Assembly: GCA_030602705.1 (NCBI GenBank)
Contig: JAUVZF010000006.1
Coordinates: 12,223-76,222 of the forward strand
From: Planctomycetota bacterium
GTDB taxonomy: Bacteria; Planctomycetota; Phycisphaerae; FEN-1346
Direction: 5' to 3'
DNA length: 64,000 bases
Below the pieces are notes generated by a model. The model was not told the origin of the DNA. It ran no database searches and saw nothing but the letters and a program-made list of their open reading frames with translations. The position numbers and the translations under genes were made by a program. This document shows positions 19,801-28,528 of the stretch, in pieces (position 1 is the stretch's first letter; every line of letters starts with the position of its first letter).

Positions 19801-22800
19801 CGGTCTGGTTCCCACGCTGCGCGCCATGTGGACCGCTCCGGCCATCGTCCTGCTGACCGTGGCGGCGACCCTGGCGCTCGATGTCACGGTCCCGATCGCA
19901 GCGTGGCCGATCCTGGGTCTATGGCTGATCGGCCCGTTGGTGGCGTGGTTTATCAGCCGCCCGCTGAAGGCCCGCGAAGCGGAGTTCACGGCCGACCAGG
20001 AGCGGTTTCTGCGTCGCTTGTCGCGGCGGACGTGGGTGTATTTCGAGCACTTCGTGGGGCCCAACCAGAACTGGCTCCCGCCCGACAACTTCCAGGAGCA
20101 GCCGCAGAGCCGTGTCATCGAACGGACCTCGCCGACGAACATCGGCCTGGCGCTGCTGTCGAACCTTGCGGCCTACGACTTCGGATACCTGACGGCCGGC
20201 GCTCTGATCGAGCGCACCGAAAAGACTTTCGCAACGCTCGAGCGCCTGCCGCGGTACCGCAACCACTTCCTCAACTGGTACGACACGTGGACCCTCGAGC
20301 CGCTGCGCCCGCAGTACGTCTCCACGGTTGACAGCGGCAACCTCGCGTGTTGCCTGGTGGTGCTGCGGGGTGGCATCCAGGATCAGATGACGGGGCCGAT
20401 CGTCCACGGCCGGTGGCTCGAAGGTCTCGAAGACGTGACCGACGTTCTGGAGGAAGAGGCCCGGAAGGCACTGGACCGGATCGCCGACCGCCGCGTCAAG
20501 GAGAACGTCCGCAAGGTTTCCAAGACCGTCAGAGACGGTCTGCGGAATCTTTCGGAGGCCGATGGTTCGCCGGCGGGCGTCGCGCCGGCCCTGCGACAGT
20601 TCACGGCCGACCTGACCGACGTGGCGCCGCTTTGCCAGCACGACGGCAGCATGACCTTCTGGATGGCGGCCGTGCGCCGACAGGCGGAAGCGCTCCTGGC
20701 GGATCTGGTGTACCTTGTGCCGTGGCTGGCCGACCCAGTCCATACGGATCCCTTTGTCCATACGGACCCCTTTGGGGGGATACGGGTCCGTATGGACGGA
20801 CAGGGTGAGCCGCAACAGACGGGGGCCGAGTCGGCATCAGCGGACGCCGACCGGGTCGGCTTGCTCTACGAGGAACTCGGCCGCGTCAGGACGCTCAGGG
20901 ACCTTGTGGAACTCGACCGCCGCCTGGGGCCGCATATCGACGACCTCTTGCGCCGTGAGGCGGCGGTCGAGACGCCCCAGGCCGAGCGTCTGCGGCGCCT
21001 GCGCGCCTGCGTCACCGAGGCGAGCGGGCAAGCCGCCGGCCGCGTGCGGGCGCTCGAAGACCTCGCCCTCCAGTGCGAGGAACTCTCGGAGATCGATCTG
21101 GGTTTCCTGTACGACCCGGCCCGGAAACTGCTCTCGATCGGCTTTTCGGTCGAGGGTCGCCATCGCGATCCGGGCTACTACGACCTGTTTGCGTCCGAGT
21201 CGCGGCTCTGCTCGTTCCTCGGCGTGGCTCAGGGCAACCTGCCGCAGGAACACTGGTTCGTGCTCGGTCGGCAACTGACACCCGGCCTCGACATGCCCAC
21301 GCTCATGTCGTGGAGCGGGTCGATGTTCGAGTACCTCATGCCGCTCTTGATCATGCCGAACTACGCGGGCACGCTCCTCGACCAGGCCTGCCGCAGCGCC
21401 GTCATGCGGCAGATCAAGCACGGTCGGCGGCAGCGGGTGCCGTGGGGCGTCTCCGAGTCGTGCTATAATCAGGTCGATGTGCAGATGAATTATCAGTACC
21501 GTGCCTTCGGCGTGCCGGAACTGGGCCTGAAACGCGGCCTGGCCGACGACCTGGTCATCGCGCCGTACGCGGCCACCATGGCGCTGATGGTGCTGCCCGA
21601 GAAGGCGTGCGCCAACCTCCAGGCGCTGGCCCGGCTGGGACTTATCGGCAGGTTCGGCTTCTACGAAGCCGTTGACTACACCCCCACCCGCGTGCCCGCC
21701 GGCCAGGACTACGCCACGGTCCAATGTTTCATGGCCCATCACGGCGGGATGAGTTTCCTGGCGCTGACCTACGCGCTGCTCGGCCGCCCGATGCAGCGCC
21801 GATTCATGGCCGACCCGAGGGTTCGCGCCAACGCCCTTCTGCTCCAGGAACGGATACCGGTTGCGCGGGCGAGCACGCGGCAAGACCATCGTCAGGTCCC
21901 GCTCATCCACCGCGAGCAGGGAGAGGCGGTCCGCGAGTCCACGATGCGGGCCTACGCCGATCCGAATTCCCGCGTGCCCGAAGTCCACCTCCTGTCCAAC
22001 GGACGGTACCACGTCATGATCACCAGCGCGGGGGGCGGGTTCAGCCGGTGGCACGACCTGGCCCTGACCCGGTGGCGCGAAGATGTGACGCGCGACAACT
22101 GGGGCTTCTTCTTCTATCTCCACGACCTGGACGACGGGTACACGTGGTCGTGCACCCATCAGCCCCTCGCCCGCGAGGTGGAACGGTACGAGGCCGTCTT
22201 CTCTCAGGCGCGTGCCGAGTTCCGCACCGTGCACCATGAGATCGACGCGCACATGCAGATCTCGGTCTCGCCGGAAGACGACGTCGAACTGCGCCGGATC
22301 ACGCTGACCAACCTCTCGAACAAGACCCGCAGCATCGAACTCACGTCGTTCGCCGAGGTGGCGTTGGCGGAACCGGCCGTGGACCTCGCGCACCCGGCCT
22401 TCAACGCCCTGTTCATCCAGACGGAGACGATTCCCGAGAAGTCGGCCATTCTGTGCACCCGGCGGCCGCGATCCGACGAGGAGTCGCCGCCCTGGATGTT
22501 CCACGCGATGATCGTGCACGCCGAGAAGATCATGCCGTGGGCGTCGTTCGAGACCGACCGGGCCCGGTTTCTCGGCCGCGGCCGCACGCCCGCCGACCCG
22601 GCGGCGCTCGACCATCCGGGGCCGCTCTCGAACACGGCCGGGTCGGTGCTCGACCCGAACGTCGCCATCCGTCGGCGGCTGCGGCTGGACCCCGGCGAGG
22701 TCGTCATCGTGGACGCCATCGTGGGGATCGGCAAAAGCCGGGAGGAGGCCGTCGCCTCGGTTGATCGGTACCACGACCGCCGCCTCGCCGACCGCTCGTT

Positions 22801-25800
22801 CGAGTTGGCCTGGACGCAGAGCCAGGTGCTGCTGCATCAGATCCGCGCCACGGAAGCCGACGCGCTGCTGTTCGCGCGGCTGGCCGCCTCGATTGTCTTC
22901 GCGAACTCCCGGTACCGCGCCAACGCCTCGCTTCTGGCGCGAAACCGCAAGGGCCAGGCCGACCTGTGGCGGTACGGCATCTCCGGCGACCTGCCGATCG
23001 TCCTGGTCCGCGTAACCGACCAGTCCGGCCTGGACCTCGTGCGCCGCATCATCCAGGCCCACGGGTACTGGCGTCACAAGGGTCTGCGAGTGGACCTGGT
23101 CATCTGGGTCGATGCGTTTGCCGGCTACCGCCAGAGTCTGTGGGACCAGATCATGGGCGTGGTGAACGCCGGGCCGATGGTCAGCGCGCTGGACCAGCGC
23201 GGCGGGGTGTTTGTGCGGAGCACCGACCAGTTGCCGGAGGACGACCGGCTGCTGCTGCAATCGGTGGCACGGCTGGTGCTCTCGGACCGCGCGGGCACGC
23301 TGAGCGAGCAGGCGGATCGCCGCCGCCGCAGCGAGACCCCCGTGCCGCCGCACCGGCCCGTCCGCAACCCGGAGCCGCCCTTACCCGGCGAGGACGAGTT
23401 GCCGGCGCGCGACCTGAACTTCTTCAACGGCCTCGGCGGGTTCACGCCCGACGGACGCGAGTACATCACCCTCCTCCATCCCGGCACGACCACGCCGGCG
23501 CCGTGGGCCAACGTTCTGGCCAACGCCGAGTTCGGCACGGTCGTGACGGAGTCGGGGGGCGGGTACACCTGGTTCGAGAACGCCCACGAGTACCGCCTGA
23601 CCCCCTGGTACAACGACATGGTCACCGACGCCGGCGGCGAGGCGTTCTATATCCGAGACGAGGAGACCGGCCGGTTCTGGTCCGCCACACCGCGTCCGGC
23701 GCCCGGCCCCACGCCCTACGTCTGCCGCCACGGCCTTGGCTACACGGCATTCGAGCACACCCAGCACAGCATCTTCACGGAGATGTACACGTACGTGGCG
23801 CCCGACGCGCCCGTCAAGTTCGCCCTGTTCACGTTGCGCAACCTTTCGGATCGCGACCGGCGCCTCAGCGTTACAGGCTTCTGCGAGTGGGTCCTCGGCC
23901 AGACGCGTGACAAGGGCGCTATGCACGTGGTCACCCGCCAGGATCCACAAACCGGGGCGATCATGGCCTCCAGCACGTACAGCACCGACTTCGCCGACCG
24001 GCTGGTTTTCTTCCAGACCAGCGAAGCCGACCATGGTCTGACGGGCGACCGGACGGAGTTCATCGGGCGGAACGGCTCGCTTGCCAACCCGGCGGCCATG
24101 CGCCGGCAGCGATTGAGCGACCGCCTCGGCGCGGGGCTCGACCCGTGCGGCGCCATTCAGGCGTTCGTGACGGTGCCGGCGGGCCAGGAGCGGCAGATTG
24201 TGTTCATCCTCGGCGCCGCCCGGACCGAGGAGCAGGCCCGCGACTTCCTGAACCGATACGGCGGCATCGACGGGGCGCGCGTCGCCCTGGAGGCCGTCTG
24301 GGACTTCTGGAAACGCCTGCTCGGCGGCGTCTATGTCGAGACCCCCGACTCCGCCGTCAACCTCCTCGCCAACCACTGGCTCCTCTACCAGGCGGTGGCC
24401 GGACGTTTCTGGGGACGCAGCGGCCTGTACCAGTCCGGCGGCGCCTACGGGTTCAGGGACCAACTTCAGGACACGATGGCCTTCCTGCACGAGTGCCCGG
24501 ACCTGATGCGTGGGCACCTGCTGACGTGCGCCGGCCGGCAGTTCCGCGAGGGCGACGTCCAGCACTGGTGGCATCCGCCGACCGGCCGAGGCGTCCGGAC
24601 ACGCTTCTCCGACGACTACCTCTGGCTGCCGTACGCCACCTGCCGCTACGTCACGGGCACCGGCGACACGGGCGTCCTGGACGAAATGGTGCCGTTTATC
24701 GAAGGGCGGGCCGTCGAGGACGGCGAAGAATCGTACTACGATCTGCCTCAAGTCGCGGACGAGCAGGCCTCGCTGTACGATCACTGTGTCCGCGCGATTC
24801 GCCGCAGCCTGACGTTCGGCCCTCACGGCCTGCCGCTCATCGGCTGCGGCGACTGGAACGATGGCCTCAGCCGCGTCGGGAAGGACGGCAAGGGCGAAAG
24901 CGTCTGGCTGGCCTTCTTCCTGTACGACGTGCTGAAGAAGTTCGCGCACCTGGCCGAGAGCCAAAACGACCGCGCGATGGCCAAGCAGTGCCGCGAGGCC
25001 GCCCGGACGCTTCAGTCCAACATTGAGACCAACGCCTGGGACGGCCGGTGGTATCGTCGGGCGTATTTCGATAACGGCGCTCCCCTCGGGTCGGCCCAGA
25101 GCCCCGAGTGCCGCATCGATTCGCTGCCCCAGTCTTGGGCGGTACTGTCGGGGGTGGCCAAGTCCGAACGGGCCGACATGGCCATGCAGTCGGTCTTCGA
25201 GAACCTGGTGGACTGGAACCTGTCGGTGATCAAACTGCTCGATCCGCCGTTCGACGACGCGCCGTGGGACCCCGGCTACATCAAGGGCTACGTGCCCGGC
25301 GTCCGTGAGAACGGCGGCCAGTACACGCACGCCGCCGTCTGGGTCGCCATGGCCGCAGCGATGCTGAAGCAAACGGAAACGGCCTGGCGGCTAAGTTCGG
25401 CCATCAACCCGATCCACCACAGCGACACGCCCGAACGTATCGCCCGATACAAGGTCGAACCGTACGTTGTGGCCGCCGACGTCTATACGGCCAAGGGACA
25501 CGAGGGGCGCGGCGGATGGACGTGGTACACCGGCTCGGCCGCCTGGATGTACCGGCTGATCATCGAGAACCTGCTCGGACTTTCACTCGAAGTGGACACG
25601 CTGACGCTGGCGCCCGTCCTGCCGTCCGGCTGGAAAGGCTACACCATCCACTACCGCTTCCGCGAGACGCAGTACCATATCAAGATCTCCGTGACGGGGC
25701 CGGCAACCTGGAACGTCCGCAGCGTTCGAATCGACGACCAGCGCCAGCCCGATAACAAGATCCACCTGGTGGATGACCGCCGGGACCATATCGTCCGCGT

Positions 25801-25813
25801 ACAGGTGGGCTAA
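16859..25813 (+). CDS. cgs: Cyclic beta-1,2-glucan synthase (Cgs/NdvB/ChvB-like; GT84 + GH94 domains), 2984 aa
   Basis: N-terminal LLDNYYLIEEQIDIAREHLPPGYSRQLPRL region. TM clusters flank a glycosyltransferase domain (VVVPTLL...). C-terminal cellobiose-phosphorylase-like GH94 region. Size and architecture match Cgs. Start ambiguous: GTG 16859 or ATG 16952. Confidence 0.8.
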   Translation: MSNGWAHLLRYTDVGDYADARDYGTRIRPVRMSPTSFLSVLKSPPLSRLFGQGPQRDAEAEYPLRAELFALTQLESHGKMLAADQQIDPNPGPEVLLERLKENERVIRESYDVVAEAVRKGRQTAPGADWLLDNYYLIEEQIDIAREHLPPGYSRQLPRLRTGSLRGFPRAYELALELVSHTDGRIDMENLSRFVRGGQTVQALTLGELWAVPIMLRLALLENLRRVSYRVASRRRDRDRALVWVRRFLEVVHSQPNALIMELADFVRASPTMSQAFIAELCTGLQGQHPALSLVNSWIEQDLAEHGQTMDQILRAESHDQAADRVSIANSITSLRTLTALDWHEFVEDLSETEAALRRDPSGVYATMDFATRDTYRHVVEELARWSGRAEHEVAVAAVRLAEEAAADPDAVPRHRHVGWFLVRPGRPKLERAVGCRPPIHRRVGRWIRRWIPWVYVLGEAVTTAVVTGALLLLTKSLIVYGWSWLAPVTVALLMFVSQATISLINWLATVLVPARGLPRLDLSKGIPREHTTVVVVPTLLASRGAADSLVEGLEIRYLANRSPNLLFALLSDFTDAPQEAMPADEAFLQRVAAGIRELNAKYAEPGQPIFFLLHRPRLWNPAEGVWMGYERKRGKLMEFNRVLRGGPTDAFTTVVGNVEVLRTARYVIPLDTDTELPPGAAVKMVGSMAHPLNRPVMDPDTGCVAEGYGVLQPRVAVGLTGAGRSLFARLFAGEVGIDPYTREVSNVYHDLFGRGQFIGKGIYDLEAFDRAVHDRFPENRILSHDLIEGCHAQCGFLNDVELIEDYPSRYLADAKRRHRWVRGDWQIAPWLLPRVPTPAGRRVRNPLPRLHRWMIFDNLRRSLVPPAMLALLIAGWLALPGVQPAWTLWLLAVYFVADVARTSWAFIAKPSKVLWAAHIRRAAMGAGRQFIISVLHLGFLPFEALMHVDAIGRVAWRTLISKRHLLEWLTAHDVERATRSGLVPTLRAMWTAPAIVLLTVAATLALDVTVPIAAWPILGLWLIGPLVAWFISRPLKAREAEFTADQERFLRRLSRRTWVYFEHFVGPNQNWLPPDNFQEQPQSRVIERTSPTNIGLALLSNLAAYDFGYLTAGALIERTEKTFATLERLPRYRNHFLNWYDTWTLEPLRPQYVSTVDSGNLACCLVVLRGGIQDQMTGPIVHGRWLEGLEDVTDVLEEEARKALDRIADRRVKENVRKVSKTVRDGLRNLSEADGSPAGVAPALRQFTADLTDVAPLCQHDGSMTFWMAAVRRQAEALLADLVYLVPWLADPVHTDPFVHTDPFGGIRVRMDGQGEPQQTGAESASADADRVGLLYEELGRVRTLRDLVELDRRLGPHIDDLLRREAAVETPQAERLRRLRACVTEASGQAAGRVRALEDLALQCEELSEIDLGFLYDPARKLLSIGFSVEGRHRDPGYYDLFASESRLCSFLGVAQGNLPQEHWFVLGRQLTPGLDMPTLMSWSGSMFEYLMPLLIMPNYAGTLLDQACRSAVMRQIKHGRRQRVPWGVSESCYNQVDVQMNYQYRAFGVPELGLKRGLADDLVIAPYAATMALMVLPEKACANLQALARLGLIGRFGFYEAVDYTPTRVPAGQDYATVQCFMAHHGGMSFLALTYALLGRPMQRRFMADPRVRANALLLQERIPVARASTRQDHRQVPLIHREQGEAVRESTMRAYADPNSRVPEVHLLSNGRYHVMITSAGGGFSRWHDLALTRWREDVTRDNWGFFFYLHDLDDGYTWSCTHQPLAREVERYEAVFSQARAEFRTVHHEIDAHMQISVSPEDDVELRRITLTNLSNKTRSIELTSFAEVALAEPAVDLAHPAFNALFIQTETIPEKSAILCTRRPRSDEESPPWMFHAMIVHAEKIMPWASFETDRARFLGRGRTPADPAALDHPGPLSNTAGSVLDPNVAIRRRLRLDPGEVVIVDAIVGIGKSREEAVASVDRYHDRRLADRSFELAWTQSQVLLHQIRATEADALLFARLAASIVFANSRYRANASLLARNRKGQADLWRYGISGDLPIVLVRVTDQSGLDLVRRIIQAHGYWRHKGLRVDLVIWVDAFAGYRQSLWDQIMGVVNAGPMVSALDQRGGVFVRSTDQLPEDDRLLLQSVARLVLSDRAGTLSEQADRRRRSETPVPPHRPVRNPEPPLPGEDELPARDLNFFNGLGGFTPDGREYITLLHPGTTTPAPWANVLANAEFGTVVTESGGGYTWFENAHEYRLTPWYNDMVTDAGGEAFYIRDEETGRFWSATPRPAPGPTPYVCRHGLGYTAFEHTQHSIFTEMYTYVAPDAPVKFALFTLRNLSDRDRRLSVTGFCEWVLGQTRDKGAMHVVTRQDPQTGAIMASSTYSTDFADRLVFFQTSEADHGLTGDRTEFIGRNGSLANPAAMRRQRLSDRLGAGLDPCGAIQAFVTVPAGQERQIVFILGAARTEEQARDFLNRYGGIDGARVALEAVWDFWKRLLGGVYVETPDSAVNLLANHWLLYQAVAGRFWGRSGLYQSGGAYGFRDQLQDTMAFLHECPDLMRGHLLTCAGRQFREGDVQHWWHPPTGRGVRTRFSDDYLWLPYATCRYVTGTGDTGVLDEMVPFIEGRAVEDGEESYYDLPQVADEQASLYDHCVRAIRRSLTFGPHGLPLIGCGDWNDGLSRVGKDGKGESVWLAFFLYDVLKKFAHLAESQNDRAMAKQCREAARTLQSNIETNAWDGRWYRRAYFDNGAPLGSAQSPECRIDSLPQSWAVLSGVAKSERADMAMQSVFENLVDWNLSVIKLLDPPFDDAPWDPGYIKGYVPGVRENGGQYTHAAVWVAMAAAMLKQTETAWRLSSAINPIHHSDTPERIARYKVEPYVVAADVYTAKGHEGRGGWTWYTGSAAWMYRLIIENLLGLSLEVDTLTLAPVLPSGWKGYTIHYRFRETQYHIKISVTGPATWNVRSVRIDDQRQPDNKIHLVDDRRDHIVRVQVG

Positions 25814-25846
25814 GCAGGAGCGAGAAAGTGTTTCCGAACGGCCGTA

Positions 25847-25869
25847 GCGCCGGGGTTTATCCCCGGCGC
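25847..25869 (+). terminator. GC-rich hairpin (9-bp stem gcgccgggg / ccccggcgc, loop tttat) 34 nt after the cgs stop; no U-tract
   Basis: Seen directly. Lacks the T-run of a canonical intrinsic terminator. Confidence 0.35.
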
Positions 25870-25953
25870 GGAACCGCAGTCGGCCTGACGGGCGGCCGCC
25901 CGTACGGGCGCTACAGACTTGGCTGCACGCCAAGTCAGCCGCCGAATTCGGAT

Positions 25954-25982
25954 TGACTTCTCCGCTCGCAAGATGTAATGTG
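25954..25982 (+). promoter_or_regulatory. sigma70-like promoter TTGACT-N17-TAATGT
   Basis: Near-consensus hexamers with 17-nt spacing about 60 nt upstream of the ATG at 26046. Confidence 0.45.
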
Positions 25983-26045
25983 CAGGCCCGCGTGTCGCGG
26001 AAGATTATCCGAGAACGCTTCGTGGCAAACGAAAGGAGAGTGAGT

Positions 26046-26414
26046 ATGGATGTTTCACGACGGCAGTTTTTGGCCAAAGGTGCATCGGTGGCCGCCGCCG
26101 CCGGGGTTTTCGGCGCCACCAGTGTCGCCTGCGCAAAGGACGAAAAGCCTAGGGCTATGGTCGCCGCCTGCGGCCTCTCGTGCATGGCGTGCCCGCTTAT
26201 GAAGGCCGGCAAGTGCAAGGGGTGCGCCTCCGGTACGGAGGCCAGCGCCGAGATGCTCAAGATGAAGCCCTGCCCGGTGCTTCAGTGTGCCGCAAAGAAG
26301 AAGATCGCCTACTGCGGCACGGGGTGCAAGATGTTCACCACCTGCGCCAAACTTATCGGCAAGCCATACGACAAGACGTTCATGGCCATGATCGAGAAGC
26401 GCCTTGGCGCGTAG
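26046..26414 (+). CDS. Tat-signal cysteine-rich small protein (putative metal/FeS-binding)
   Basis: Twin-arginine motif SRRQFLAKGASVAAAAG. About 14 Cys in C-x-x-C style pairs (CGLSCMACP, CKGCASG, CPVLQCA, CGTGCKMFTTCAKL). GGAGAG RBS. Confidence 0.65.
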   Translation: MDVSRRQFLAKGASVAAAAGVFGATSVACAKDEKPRAMVAACGLSCMACPLMKAGKCKGCASGTEASAEMLKMKPCPVLQCAAKKKIAYCGTGCKMFTTCAKLIGKPYDKTFMAMIEKRLGA

Positions 26415-26600
26415 GCCCAAGCAGCATCGGTCCCGGCGGCCCGTGTTGGCTTGAGCGCTGACGGTGCGCAGGGAGACTGCGCTCGCCTCCCGCTGCCGGC
26501 ACGCAACACGCGCTGAATCACACCGGGAGTGAAGGCCGCCATACCACCGCGCCACAGTCCCGGCACCCCGCGAAGGAGACGGAACACGTGCGGCGAGACA

Positions 26601-26954
26601 TCATGCAGTTCTGATCTTCGCGCAGGTGTCGGCGATTCCTTTGATGAGGATGGTCACAAGTCCCCAGGCCAGCGGCAGCCAGAGCGGGATCGACAGGAAG
26701 GTGGGATTCGCGTATTCCCACGCGCCCAGGTGGATGCAAATCATCTCGCCACACGGGCCGACGACGGCGCCGACCAGATAGAAACAGACGGCGTGGCTCT
26801 TGCGCCAGAAGGCCATCGCGACGATCGCCGTGACAGCCAGCAGCACCGTGAGCAGGATGGGCCTCCTGTGGCACAGCGCGATCTCAGAGGCGCCGGCGGC
26901 GAAGATCGCACACTCAAAAACCAATTCCTTGCTGGTGCTTTTCGTGATGCGCAC
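26601..26954 (-). CDS. Small integral membrane protein (about 4 TM)
   Basis: Hydrophobic helices. Immediately downstream of the ferredoxin gene with a 2-nt gap. Confidence 0.55.
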   Translation of the reverse strand: MRITKSTSKELVFECAIFAAGASEIALCHRRPILLTVLLAVTAIVAMAFWRKSHAVCFYLVGAVVGPCGEMICIHLGAWEYANPTFLSIPLWLPLAWGLVTILIKGIADTCAKIRTA

Positions 26955-26956
26955 GG

Positions 26957-28030
26957 TTACCTTTCGGCGTTGAGATCGTCGCTCGCCGTGTCCGGTTCGT
27001 GGTAGCGGCGGTAGTAGTGGACGAGGGTCGTGTAGGTGAAGAGTTTGTTGACCAGCGGAATGCGAATCAGAATGCTAAACACAAGATAGGTGATGGCGAT
27101 GGATAGGATGATGTACGCGTACTGGAGCAGGAACACGACCGCGACGTTTCCGGCCCAGGCCGGCAGGCAGAAACGGCCCGCAAGCCAATCCATCGCGTAA
27201 ACCGAGACCGGGATGCTCGTGACGAAGTAGAGAATGACGCCGAGCGAGTGACCCGATTCCACCGCCCCCTCGGGGCACCAGGCCATACAGCGAAGACACG
27301 TTTCACACGAGAAGGTCCAATACGGGCGTTTCTGCGCCGTGCCCCACATCCTGATCGCGCCAAAAGGGCAATTGGCCGCACACAGCCCGCATCCCGTGCA
27401 CTTGGAGTTCGCAAACATCATCTTCGCCAGGTAAAACCGGCCCAGCAAAACATACGCCAGTGAAACCGGCAGCAAGACGAGCCCCAGCAGGAGCGGGATG
27501 AACCCCGCGAAGCGCCGGCGTCCTGTGAGAACGGTCTGGGCGAAAGCGCGGGCCTTGGTCTCGCCCCGCGCGATGATGGCTCCGGCGGCGGCCGGCGAGA
27601 AGCCGGGATGCACGATCATGAAGTTCGAGGGCATGTCGATGCCCGTCACACCACGCACCGAGTAACCCTTCAGAACCAGGATGAGCGCGACGATGTAGCC
27701 GGCCGTACCCTCCAGACCGGGCAGGAACAGCCGGCCGAACTTCGTGCCCGCCCGCGTCGGCACCACGAAGGCGTGCGTGCCGCCCCCGCGCGGCAACCGA
27801 CAGGCCAGGCGGAGCACAGGCCACGGCGCCGTGAAAGCGTGAGTCGGGAAGACGAGGCCGAGAAGACGTTGGGCCCCCTGCTCGGCGCCCTGGTCCGGCC
27901 GGTGTTTACCGATGGGCAGCAGCCGGGCGTCGGCGCCGCTGCGGCGGGCGGCCTCGGTCATCCAGGTGGCCGCGCGGAACGAGTTGCCCGTGCCGCTCAT
28001 GAAGTAGATGGCGGCGTTGCTGTAGGTCAC
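26957..28030 (-). CDS. EFR1-family ferredoxin: flavodoxin-like N-domain + 2x[4Fe-4S] + C-terminal membrane segments
   Basis: IYFMSGTGNS flavodoxin-like start. CTGCGLCAANCP and CETCLRCMAWCP clusters. Hydrophobic C-terminal half. GTG start at 28030 with AGAGGA RBS. Confidence 0.7.
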   Translation of the reverse strand: MTYSNAAIYFMSGTGNSFRAATWMTEAARRSGADARLLPIGKHRPDQGAEQGAQRLLGLVFPTHAFTAPWPVLRLACRLPRGGGTHAFVVPTRAGTKFGRLFLPGLEGTAGYIVALILVLKGYSVRGVTGIDMPSNFMIVHPGFSPAAAGAIIARGETKARAFAQTVLTGRRRFAGFIPLLLGLVLLPVSLAYVLLGRFYLAKMMFANSKCTGCGLCAANCPFGAIRMWGTAQKRPYWTFSCETCLRCMAWCPEGAVESGHSLGVILYFVTSIPVSVYAMDWLAGRFCLPAWAGNVAVVFLLQYAYIILSIAITYLVFSILIRIPLVNKLFTYTTLVHYYRRYHEPDTASDDLNAER

Positions 28031-28068
28031 CTATTCCTCTTGGCAATTGTCCACCTAATCCCACAACG

Positions 28069-28524
28069 CTACTTGGCTCTTTGTGCCCGCCTGGCGGCCT
28101 TTGCGTTCGTCGGGTCGAGCGCTGCCGCCCTCTCGAAGTGACTCCGGGCGTCGTCGGGGCGGCCGCGCTCGTAGTAAACCGTGCCGGCGATGTAATGAGT
28201 CTCCGAATCCTTCGGCAGAGCGGCGAGGGCCTGCTCAATTTCGGATTCCGCCAGGACGTACCACCCGCTGGCCGCGTACACGTACGCAACGTCACGGTGC
28301 GCCCGCCCGTTGGCGGGGTCCTCATCCAGAACCCGCCAGAGGAAGCGAGCGGCGTCGTTCAACCGGCCGGCGAACTGCTCCTGGGCTCCCTCCTGCCGGT
28401 CATCGAGGCCAAGGAGAAGCCCGGCGCTCGCATGGGTCGCACGACCGGATGCGCGGTCTCGGAACCCCGAGCCGTGCGACCCGCCGCGGTGCCCCGAGGC
28501 GATTGGGATGACGGCGAACGTCAT
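28069..28524 (-). CDS. Small TPR-repeat protein
   Basis: TPR-like motifs (AYVYAASGWYVLAESEIEQALAA...YIAGTVYYERGRPDDARSHFERAAALDP). Lies between the GH2 and ferredoxin genes. Confidence 0.55.
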   Translation of the reverse strand: MTFAVIPIASGHRGGSHGSGFRDRASGRATHASAGLLLGLDDRQEGAQEQFAGRLNDAARFLWRVLDEDPANGRAHRDVAYVYAASGWYVLAESEIEQALAALPKDSETHYIAGTVYYERGRPDDARSHFERAAALDPTNAKAARRAQRAK

Positions 28525-28528
28525 CCGC

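Noticed and set aside
16970-25372. Long minus-strand ORFs (935, 838, 663 aa) inside cgs
   Set aside because: Arg/Pro/Gly-rich antisense artefacts typical of high-GC DNA. The plus-strand Cgs reading frame has clear domain homology.
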